A DNA stretch of 64,000 nucleotides from positions 810-64,809 of the forward strand of contig JAKLKB010000041.1 of NCBI GenBank assembly GCA_023150835.1, read 5' to 3'. The position numbers and the translations under genes were made by a program. The notes below the pieces were generated by a model. It did no database searches. It saw only the letters and a program-made list of their open reading frames with translations, and had not been told where the DNA came from. Origin of the DNA: Myxococcota bacterium (lineage in GTDB: Bacteria; Myxococcota_C; UBA6777). Of the stretch, positions 56,114-64,000 are shown one piece after another. The first letter of the stretch is position 1. Each line of letters begins with the position of its first letter.

Positions 56114-58669
56114 TTAGGCTTTGGGATGTTCGCGGCGGAGCCAAGAGAGGGCGAGCATGACAAAGAAGGCCAACAAGAGAGAAGACAAGACACCAGAGCC
56201 ATCGCTCGCAGAGCAAAGACAGCCCGAAGCGCGCCCACCACCGCCCGTTTTTCCATCAGGAGCATTGCTACCTTCGGTGTTCACCGAAGAATCAGGGTTT
56301 CCGTTGTTGCCATCGGGATTTCCGTTGCTACCGTCGGGATTTCCGTTGCTACCGTCGGGGAGATCTCCACCGTCGGGGTTAACCACACCGTCGGGGAGGG
56401 TGGTTCCGTTTTTGGAGATGCAATCGCCTTGGGGACGACGGCAGACCTCGTTGGGGCCGCAACGAACGGAGTCACAAGGATCATCGACACATTGCCCCCC
56501 CGCGCAAGTTTGCCCGCCACGACAAGCCACCAACGCACAAGGATCCGCCACGCACTGTCCAGCGTTACACACCTGATCGACCGCACAACGCACACGGAAA
56601 CAAGGGTCGTTTTGACACTGGCCATCACGGCAGCTTTGATCGGGTGGGCAAGATTTGTTGGCACAGGTAGGAAGGCACTGGCCATCGCGGCAGAACTCGC
56701 CTGCGTTACAGGTCACGGCATCGCATGGATTGTTAACGCACTGACCACGCCGGCAGATTTGACTACTTGGGCAGGCTTTGCTCGGTTGGTAGCAATCGTC
56801 AGGGGCGCAAAGACCCTTTTCACAGAGATAACCGCTTGGGCAAGAAACATTGGCACAAGGGGCTTGGCAGATCCCGTTGCGGCAGACTTCACCTGCGGCG
56901 CAAGTGAGCTTGTCACAGGCAAGGACACCCACGCAGACTTTTTGGCCGTTCATGTCTTGGCAGGTTTGACCGCCCGGGCATTCGGTGGTGCAGGTGCGCA
57001 AGCAAGCCCCGCCAACGCACAAGGAGTTGCTTCCGCAATTGCTGTCGCCTTCGTCGATTTTTCCATCGCAATCGTTGTCGATCCCATCGCAGATCTCGAG
57101 GGTTGGGAACGGTGCAGAACAGACAACCCAGTCCCCACGACTACAAGAAGTCGTGCCTTCGCCGCACTCGGTTTGGCATTTTTTGGTGATCGGCTTATTG
57201 GTTCCCGGGATGTTGTCGATCAATCCGTCGCAATCGTCGTCGATGCCGTTGCAGATCTCGACGCCTGCGCCATCATAGTTCACGAGCAATTCCGTCACAG
57301 CGGGCGTCACTTGAGCATCAAACGTTTTGAGCGTCACTTTGATCTCGATCCAAGGGTGATCCACAACAGCGGGTTTTGCGCCGTTTTGAACAGGAGCGCT
57401 CCAATTGGCGGTCGCAAGGGCGGCTTGTGTTGGGGCTGTGCGTGCAGTGACTTCGACGGAAGTTCCGGGGGGTGCGATCTCTTGCCAAGAGATGGTCTTC
57501 CAGCGGGAGGGGCATTGTGTGCCATGAACGCCCGTCCAATGGCCACTTGCAACGCGAGCGATGCTTTGGAATTGAAAGCCCGTCATATCCGAATAAGTGT
57601 AGGGGCCTTGGCCGTGTGTGGGGTACTTGCCTGCGAGTTGGCCTGTGCGAGCGTTGATCTTGGAGGCGGTGGCATCGCCTTGTGCGACAGCCCACACAAA
57701 ACCATCCGCGTCAACGGCCATCCCAACGCAGCCTTGACCGACCTGTGTGTTGTTGCCGACCACTTGGCCGTTTGAATCGACTTTGACGATGAGAGGCGTG
57801 TTGGAACAAGCGACCCAAGCATTGCCATCACCGTCGACTGCGACACCACGAGCATTTTGACAACCACTCCCGAGGGGGATGCAGCCCATACTTCGGCCAT
57901 CGTTGAGAAAACGGTACACACAGCCGCTGCCATAATTCGCAACCCAGACCTGACCAAGGCGATCGGTCGCGATCCCGTATCCATCATCCGCAGAGAAGAT
58001 CCCCAAGACAGTGCCATCAGAGCGGATCTTGGTGAGCTTTCCTTGGCATCGGTTGACGGCCCAGATATTCCCAAAAACATCGGTTGCAAGGCCATAAGGG
58101 CATCCCACAGAGATCTCCTGAAGTTTGTTTCCCGTGACCCCGTCAAGTTTTGTGACCGTGTCAACGTCGTGGTTGCCGACCCAGACGTTGTTTTGAAAGT
58201 CGATGGTGATGGCGCGTGGGCGCTTTCCCGTTTGGACGACTTTTTTGATCTGGCCTTGCGCGCTGATCCAGACGACTTTGTTGGTATTGCGAAGTCCGAC
58301 CCAGACATCTTGGTTAACGTCGACGGTGGTTCGGGAGGGATCGCCATCTGGGAAGACAGAATCCAACGAAACCGTCCAGTTTTTTTGACCGGTTTTGGTG
58401 GACAATTGGGTGACGTTGTTGGAGACCGAGTTAGGGATGTAGATATAAGGCGTGCTGATGTTGCGGGGTGGGTTTTTGATCAGTTGGATCTGGCCCTGAA
58501 CTTCGGTCCACGTGACGTCTTTGGAATTTTTTGTGGAAGCCCAGTCGGGTGTGTCTGTCCACTTTTTCTGGCCTGCCCACGCAGAAGACAGACCTCCAAG
58601 AAGGCAAAACACCAGCCCCATCCAAGTCACTCGAAAGTGACCCCGCAGGGTGCCTCTTTGATATGCCAT
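56114..58669 (-). CDS. MYXO-CTERM surface protein: Vgb-like beta-propeller, Asp/Cys-rich MopE-like motifs, Cys-rich stalk
   Basis: DPSRTTVD, PRAITID..NVWV, PYTYSDMTG; EICNGIDDDCDGLID and EICDGIDNDCDGKIDE; C-terminal GCLCS...LLLAFFVMLALSWLRR. Confidence 0.9.
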   Translation of the reverse strand: MAYQRGTLRGHFRVTWMGLVFCLLGGLSSAWAGQKKWTDTPDWASTKNSKDVTWTEVQGQIQLIKNPPRNISTPYIYIPNSVSNNVTQLSTKTGQKNWTVSLDSVFPDGDPSRTTVDVNQDVWVGLRNTNKVVWISAQGQIKKVVQTGKRPRAITIDFQNNVWVGNHDVDTVTKLDGVTGNKLQEISVGCPYGLATDVFGNIWAVNRCQGKLTKIRSDGTVLGIFSADDGYGIATDRLGQVWVANYGSGCVYRFLNDGRSMGCIPLGSGCQNARGVAVDGDGNAWVACSNTPLIVKVDSNGQVVGNNTQVGQGCVGMAVDADGFVWAVAQGDATASKINARTGQLAGKYPTHGQGPYTYSDMTGFQFQSIARVASGHWTGVHGTQCPSRWKTISWQEIAPPGTSVEVTARTAPTQAALATANWSAPVQNGAKPAVVDHPWIEIKVTLKTFDAQVTPAVTELLVNYDGAGVEICNGIDDDCDGLIDNIPGTNKPITKKCQTECGEGTTSCSRGDWVVCSAPFPTLEICDGIDNDCDGKIDEGDSNCGSNSLCVGGACLRTCTTECPGGQTCQDMNGQKVCVGVLACDKLTCAAGEVCRNGICQAPCANVSCPSGYLCEKGLCAPDDCYQPSKACPSSQICRRGQCVNNPCDAVTCNAGEFCRDGQCLPTCANKSCPPDQSCRDGQCQNDPCFRVRCAVDQVCNAGQCVADPCALVACRGGQTCAGGQCVDDPCDSVRCGPNEVCRRPQGDCISKNGTTLPDGVVNPDGGDLPDGSNGNPDGSNGNPDGNNGNPDSSVNTEGSNAPDGKTGGGGRASGCLCSASDGSGVLSSLLLAFFVMLALSWLRREHPKA

Positions 58670-58951
58670 AGCTCGACTCCTTTTTGTGCGATGTATGCGG
58701 TCTCTTCGCTTGATGCGGTTCGGAAAAGCTGTGTTCGACGCATAAAGTGAAGAAAAATCATGCAGATGTTCGGGTTGAGGCTACTTTGTTGAGGAGACGG
58801 TTGTCAAGCCGCACCACAACAAAACAGCCACGATCGTTCTCAGACCCCAGCACCTAGAAGTTTATCTCGGTTTGTTGTGGAGAGAGGATGCAGGCAAAGC
58901 CGCAGACCGCATTCGCGGAGGGATACGAGAGAAGCCACCTCCGCAGCCATC

Positions 58952-59896
58952 TCAACGGGGGCGGACAGGGCATTCGGGAGCAAATTCACAAAAGCGACAT
59001 TTCCATGCGTCTTGGTGGGAAACACCGAGGGGAGAGCGTTCGCCATGCCAAAAGGGAAGGCTGTTTTGGAGGTGCTTCTCGAACCAGTCGGCATCAAAGG
59101 AGAAGGAATCGATGCCAAGGAGACTGTGATCTTGTTGCCATTCGTAAGAGATGCACATCTGCGGATCGAGCGGGAGAGCCTGAGCAAAAGCATCCAAGGC
59201 GTACTGGAGCATCTCGAACGGTTTGGGCGAAGGCAAGGTATGTTCGGACAATTGGGCGACAAAAGAGGGAGAAGCCTCCACATCTACAGGGAGGGAGATC
59301 GCGTCAAATACTGCGTAATGATCGGGCTTTTGAGCAAGCTGAGACCACAAACGATGGTAAAGCATCATCTGCAACTGAGTGGTTCGCTTTTGGGCTAGAG
59401 TCGGCAGGGACGGCTTTTTACGGGTTTTGGTGTCCGACAAGACCAGTCTGTGATCCTCGTTGGATTGGACTTGATCGATCACACCCACCACCCAAAGATC
59501 GCCGAGATTCCCGAATACAGGGATCTCTCGACAAATGCCTTGCTGTTGAAGTTGTACCAAAGCGGCCCAAGCATTGAAAAAATGCAAAAGCCAGATATCG
59601 GCCCGTGTTTCGGGGCGGACGCGCACGATCTCCGTGATCTCTTCGTGGAGGGCTTGGTGGCGCTCTTTGCCTTGCTTCATCTCGGAAGTTTCTTGTTTTC
59701 CCCGCGCAAGAGACAACGCAAGGCGCTGTTCACACCAAAGCTGATCGCTGAGATCCGTGACGCGCAAACCATAACGGCGAAACTGTTGGAGCGGAGAAGG
59801 CGGAACAACCGCCAAAATGGACGGAGAAGAAGACATCGATTCAAGCCTTTGCTTTAGGTATGTTGGCCACATCGCCCTATCTGTGGGTGAAAACAA
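58952..59896 (-). CDS. Exonuclease V (EXO5)-like PD-(D/E)xK nuclease with 4-Cys Fe-S staple (start uncertain)
   Basis: VTDL...WCEQ, G...H, REIPVFG, VGVIDQV, DTKTR, QMMLY, FWHGER..GV...WKCRFCEFAPEC. Confidence 0.85.
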   Translation of the reverse strand: MFSPTDRAMWPTYLKQRLESMSSSPSILAVVPPSPLQQFRRYGLRVTDLSDQLWCEQRLALSLARGKQETSEMKQGKERHQALHEEITEIVRVRPETRADIWLLHFFNAWAALVQLQQQGICREIPVFGNLGDLWVVGVIDQVQSNEDHRLVLSDTKTRKKPSLPTLAQKRTTQLQMMLYHRLWSQLAQKPDHYAVFDAISLPVDVEASPSFVAQLSEHTLPSPKPFEMLQYALDAFAQALPLDPQMCISYEWQQDHSLLGIDSFSFDADWFEKHLQNSLPFWHGERSPLGVSHQDAWKCRFCEFAPECPVRPR

Positions 59897-59990
59897 TCGT
59901 TGTATAAAACATGGGCATTTGCTTTAGGTATGTTGGCCACATCGCCCCATCTGTGGGTGAAAACAATCGTTGTATAAAACATGGGCATTT
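59851..59990. repeat. 70-bp tandem duplication at the 5' end of the EXO5-like gene
   Basis: gctttaggtatg...atgggcattt at 59851 and 59921, one mismatch. Confidence 0.95.
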
Positions 59991-59993
59991 GCA

Positions 59994-62846
59994 TTAGATC
60001 TGCTGGCCCCGTGCGCCCCATGCGTAGCGGATGGAAAAGCGAGGTTCAAGGCGAAGCGCGGGGGGGCCTTCGACAAGAGCCGCGTTGGGGTCGCTGGTAT
60101 TGGCGCGATACGCACCTTTAAAAAACGTCATCCGAAAGCCGATCACAAACTCCAAACCACCGACGACGGTAAAAGCGATCTTGTTGTCCCAGTTGAGTTC
60201 GTGCAAGGCAAATGTCGCTTGGTTGGAGCGCCCTCCCACGATGAAGGTCAGGAGATAGTTGGCCGTCGACTCATAATTGATCGGCGTGTCGGCGACTTTG
60301 AATAGCGGGATGGTCGTCAGTTCCAAATCGACGGAAGCTCCGATGGTATGGTCGAGGTTGACAAGGGGTTGTTTGCCTTGTTGAAGCACCAATTCAAGCG
60401 CCCATTGCTTGCGCCATGCAAAGCCGATCTTGAGTGTCAGCGGATCAAGCAGCTTAAAGCTCAAGCCCGCTTTGGCGCGGGTTTCAAAGTGCCGAAAAAG
60501 CTCGTTGTTGTCGGTGAGGAATTCTTTTTCCGTCAGGTTCGGTTTACTGCCGCGTGTAAACTCGGTCTCAAGCTGCAATTCGACGAATGGACTGGTGTGA
60601 TACCACTTGGTGTCGTTGGGAAAAAGCGCGCTAAAATAACGGAAGTGGTATTCGGTGCGCAGTTGGATGCGGTCGGTGTTTTCTTGGAAGATCTGTGGAA
60701 ACTGGTTGGTATTTTCTTTGTACTGGGTGTTGGTATCGGCCTCGTATTCGAGGCTGACTTTGGTGATCCACAGATGGATGCGGGTGTCGAGTTGGAATTC
60801 GAGCTTGAGGCTGCCACTGATCTGGAGCTTTTGAAAAAATCCCCCGTTAAACGTGTCTTTTTGGTTGTACACCGTCGAACTGTTGATCGGGCCGATAAAG
60901 ATCGAGGTAAAGTTGAGGTTGTTTTCATTGCGAAAAGACCAAGCGACTTCGTCTTCGAGCATGACGATGCGGTGCTTGTAGGGGATCTCGACATTTCCGT
61001 CTTTGTCGAGCTTTTTGACGGCGCGTTTGCCCAAAAAAGTTTTGCGGTACGGGATAAACAGGCTTTTGTCGAAGTGTTCGTCGATCATAAAGCGCAAACG
61101 CAAGGGCCAACCACCCGGTCCGATGGGGATGGAGAGTTTGTGTTTTCCTTTTTTGGGTTGTTCGATCCAACCTTCGGCCCCTTCGGCAATAAAGCGAATG
61201 GTACTCACCGAATAGAGGGCGTCTTCGGCGATCGGGCGTCCGTTGATCTTGCCGTCCGCGATCCCGGCAAACAGCAGTTTGATGCGTTTGTCTTTGGGGT
61301 CGTTGTATTTTTCGGCGATCTCTTTCAGTTGGGAGCCTTTGAGACGCAGCGTCACGATCGGCTCGTTGAAGGGCATGGCGCGAAAAAGATCGTCGCGTGT
61401 GATGTAGCCTTTGATCGGAAAGGACAGCTCTTTGACAGCCTTTTGGTTGATCAAGGCCACTTCGGTTTTGGTGAGATAGCGCATGGTGTCGAGTAGGTAC
61501 GTCATGAATTGTTCGTGGGTCATGCCGTCCGCCTCGACCACACGGCCTTTTCCAAGAGGGGTTCCCCACCGGTCGCAGTATTTTTTTTCCCAAGCCAACA
61601 GTTGATCACGCAGGCTTTGATCGAACTTTTCGGGTTCCAACGGAAACCATTTGATCTGGAAGTAAGTTTGAACGACTTTGCCTTCGCTGTTGCGGCGCAA
61701 CTTGATCCGTGCGCTGCCTAGGTGGGTTCCGTAGCGATAGCCGCCCATGACTTGGATGTTGCCCGTTTTTGGATCCGCAACGGTGATACTCATCGGGACA
61801 CCATCAGCCCGTAGTTCGTTCGAGATCATCAAGTCGATGCCTTGGACTTCTTTGAGATACTCTCGAACCACTGTGCCGCTTGAGTTGCGTCCTTCGAGGT
61901 GCGAGAGAGCGATCACAAAGTCGACTTTTTCTTCTTCCCGCAGCTTTTTAACGATCTCTTGGCCGACTTCTTTGGGATCTTTGAAAGAGATACCTTTGAC
62001 GCGGTGTTGAGAGACTTGTTTTTCCATCTCGTTGGGGACGACATGAAACACGCCGATCTTGAAGCCTGCACGCTCAAGGATAAAATAAGGGCTTTTCTTT
62101 TTTCCGTCATGGTTGGTGTACTTGGCGATGGGATGTTCAGGATCTTTGGCAACAAGGTTGGCAACAGAAAAGCGCAAGCCCTGCTTGTGCGCATGTTTGA
62201 GAAAGGGGCGCAAGCGCTTGGTTGAGACGGAAAACTCGTGGTTTCCGACCCCGATCAGATCGTAGCGAAATCGCTTCATGACCTCGACAAGAAAACGAGA
62301 CCCCTCTTTCTTTTTTGTGTCTTCGAGCAAAAAGCGCGAAGCAAGCGAAGTGGCGAGGTTGTCGCCCGTATTGAAGAGCAAGGCATCGGGTTCGCCGCGT
62401 TCGAGAGCCATCTTGCGGTGTTGCTCGACCAAATGCAGAAGGTTGGAAAAGTCCTTGTCTACGGGTTCATAGTTAAAATCTTTGACATTGGGGCGATTGC
62501 AACGAAACTCACGGACTTGGCCGTAGAGATCGTTGGTAAAGAGGATCGTGAGGGCTGTTTTCACACCCGGGACGTACTTGGGTTTGGGGCTGTTGGGGGC
62601 AGGCGTTGTGGTGGGTTGAGAGGTCGCAGAAGCAGTGGGTTGGGAGGTTGAAGAAGGATCGGGCTGAGAGACCGAAGGTTCGCTGGATGGGGAGTTTGAA
62701 GGCGTGGTCGGTTGAGAGGTCGATGGTTCGTTGTTTTTGGGGGGCGGATTGTCGGGGGTTTGAGCATAAGAAACCAAAAAAGGGGCAGAGAAAAAGAAGC
62801 AAGCAAGCGAGAGCGAGAAAGCGAGAGAAGTCCGTTGGTGCAACAT
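59994..62846 (-). CDS. Secreted 5'-nucleotidase-like metallophosphoesterase fused to a probable outer-membrane beta-barrel
   Basis: ILFTNDLYG, NTGDN, GVGNHEF, IALSHL; 5'-NT C-domain (GYITRDDLFRAMPFNE..LKGSQL); C-terminal amphipathic beta-strands ending FSIRYAW. Confidence 0.8.
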   Translation of the reverse strand: MLHQRTSLAFSLSLACFFFSAPFLVSYAQTPDNPPPKNNEPSTSQPTTPSNSPSSEPSVSQPDPSSTSQPTASATSQPTTTPAPNSPKPKYVPGVKTALTILFTNDLYGQVREFRCNRPNVKDFNYEPVDKDFSNLLHLVEQHRKMALERGEPDALLFNTGDNLATSLASRFLLEDTKKKEGSRFLVEVMKRFRYDLIGVGNHEFSVSTKRLRPFLKHAHKQGLRFSVANLVAKDPEHPIAKYTNHDGKKKSPYFILERAGFKIGVFHVVPNEMEKQVSQHRVKGISFKDPKEVGQEIVKKLREEEKVDFVIALSHLEGRNSSGTVVREYLKEVQGIDLMISNELRADGVPMSITVADPKTGNIQVMGGYRYGTHLGSARIKLRRNSEGKVVQTYFQIKWFPLEPEKFDQSLRDQLLAWEKKYCDRWGTPLGKGRVVEADGMTHEQFMTYLLDTMRYLTKTEVALINQKAVKELSFPIKGYITRDDLFRAMPFNEPIVTLRLKGSQLKEIAEKYNDPKDKRIKLLFAGIADGKINGRPIAEDALYSVSTIRFIAEGAEGWIEQPKKGKHKLSIPIGPGGWPLRLRFMIDEHFDKSLFIPYRKTFLGKRAVKKLDKDGNVEIPYKHRIVMLEDEVAWSFRNENNLNFTSIFIGPINSSTVYNQKDTFNGGFFQKLQISGSLKLEFQLDTRIHLWITKVSLEYEADTNTQYKENTNQFPQIFQENTDRIQLRTEYHFRYFSALFPNDTKWYHTSPFVELQLETEFTRGSKPNLTEKEFLTDNNELFRHFETRAKAGLSFKLLDPLTLKIGFAWRKQWALELVLQQGKQPLVNLDHTIGASVDLELTTIPLFKVADTPINYESTANYLLTFIVGGRSNQATFALHELNWDNKIAFTVVGGLEFVIGFRMTFFKGAYRANTSDPNAALVEGPPALRLEPRFSIRYAWGARGQQI

Positions 62847-62908
62847 CGCGATCCCTTTCTTTGGAGAGAAAAACAAGCATCGTTGGAGTGATTCAAAGTT
62901 GTTGAATT

Positions 62909-64000
62909 CTAATCGACCGCAGGTCTAGCCTTTGGCGGAGACAAAGACGGAGGTGGAATAGGCGAAACAGCGCGATTCGGGGTATTCTGCCTTTCTTGAT
63001 TTTTGGAGGGATACCGCGAAGTAGAGCGCAAAACAGGCCGTTGCTTCGAGGTCTGTGATGGGAGCGAAGTTCTCGCATTGTGGGGCGGGACAGTTCGCGG
63101 CGGGCTACGTTTGGCAGGAGGGAAAAAGTAGCGCCACAAGCGCAGCGTGACGGGTAGATTTTTCTTTTTGCGGCGGACGATCGGTTGGCCGGGCTTGGCT
63201 TGGCTGGCGACAGCAGGTTTGCGGAACCATGAGAGAATCTTGGTGCCTCCTCCGAAAAGCATCCCCACCACCATCCCGACGATGAATAGGGACTTTCCAG
63301 CGATGCGCAACACACGTTTGGCCCACACATCACGACGTGCGTTGGCGGCTTGAAGCTTTCGATCGATCACTCCCTTGGCTGCGACCGAAGCGCTCTTCAT
63401 CATCATCCCAAAGATCTCTTTGACCACGATCTCGACGATCTCGCTGGCGAGGGTCGGATCAGGCCCAAGAACACCTCCACCCACACCACCGCCGCCCGCT
63501 GGAGCGCCACGCATCCATCCCATCGTCTTTTTCAACGCTTCTTTGGTCACGCTTTTTCGTAAGAAATCCACCATCTCCTCTTGGATCTTTTTTCGGGCCT
63601 GTTGGAGTGCCGAGGGTGGGGGCTGCTCAGGATCGTTTCGGGTTTTCTTGAGGTCGTCCCAAAAATCTTCGAGGGTCTCGTGGCGATCCAGCGGGTCGTC
63701 TTCGAGAGCCTCACCCAGAACCTCTTGTAAGCCTGACCACTCATACGCCTTAAACCTCGGATCTTCGGGTGCGAAGCACAGAGGCTTGCTGAAATACTGT
63801 TGTGTCAAGATCTCATAAAAGATGGCTGCAAGCAGATAGATATCCGAACGCACACTGGGCGGCTCACCGCGCAACAGTTCAGGCGGTGTGTAGCGCGTAA
63901 TCGGTGGCTTGGTGGTCGGTTCTGCGGTCGAAGGCGTTTTCGAGGCATCGCCTTTTTGCGACGGATCGGCTGTTTCGTCGGGCTGGTTTGTTTGCCCTTG
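62909..64000 (-). CDS. Ser/Thr kinase-like protein, C-terminal part (5' end beyond the window)
   Basis: Frame open to 64000; RYTPPELLRGE..RSDIYLLAAIFYEILT..ALEDDPLDR (subdomains VIII-XI); TM near the C-terminus. Confidence 0.75.
   Translation of the reverse strand, partial: QGQTNQPDETADPSQKGDASKTPSTAEPTTKPPITRYTPPELLRGEPPSVRSDIYLLAAIFYEILTQQYFSKPLCFAPEDPRFKAYEWSGLQEVLGEALEDDPLDRHETLEDFWDDLKKTRNDPEQPPPSALQQARKKIQEEMVDFLRKSVTKEALKKTMGWMRGAPAGGGGVGGGVLGPDPTLASEIVEIVVKEIFGMMMKSASVAAKGVIDRKLQAANARRDVWAKRVLRIAGKSLFIVGMVVGMLFGGGTKILSWFRKPAVASQAKPGQPIVRRKKKNLPVTLRLWRYFFPPAKRSPPRTVPPHNARTSLPSQTSKQRPVLRSTSRYPSKNQERQNTPNRAVSPIPPPSLSPPKARPAVD

Noticed and set aside
56126-57775. Long antisense or alternate-frame ORFs (this one, 9315..10772, 11103..12407, 21980..23290, 51035..52210, 60348..61496)
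   Set aside because: They overlap well-supported genes and show the composition typical of shadow ORFs in GC-rich DNA.
58952-59896. Cas4 of a CRISPR-Cas system
   Set aside because: No cas1/cas2 or array nearby; length and motifs fit EXO5 better.

Overview
Gene-dense bacterial chromosomal segment with a Myxococcota-like repertoire: PEGA-domain Ser/Thr kinase, Cys-rich lipoproteins, a MYXO-CTERM surface protein, a GltG/AgmX-like protein and a sigma54 activator. Recognisable loci are pyrR-pyrB-pyrC, rlmKL, a TatT-type TRAP (TPAT) transporter operon, btaA (5'-truncated)-btaB, a UPF0175/DUF3368 toxin-antitoxin-like pair, a sphingosine-1-phosphate-lyase-like enzyme and a cNMP-sensing cluster. I saw no rRNA, tRNA, CRISPR array, transposase or phage genes. 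The strongest novelty candidates are: (1) a ~520-nt non-coding CA-rich unit with a sigma54 promoter, repeated ACAACA..TTCACA motifs and a terminal hairpin, possibly a CrcZ-like sponge RNA; (2) an ExbB/MotA-type motor operon whose Asp-bearing partner carries a ~400-aa coiled coil; (3) a bacterial EXO5-like Fe-S nuclease; (4) a LysM protein with six unfamiliar 40-aa repeats; (5) a REP-element-flanked 5x42-bp hairpin array and a dispersed ~130-bp repeat family. All family calls come from motif recognition by eye; no database searches were run.
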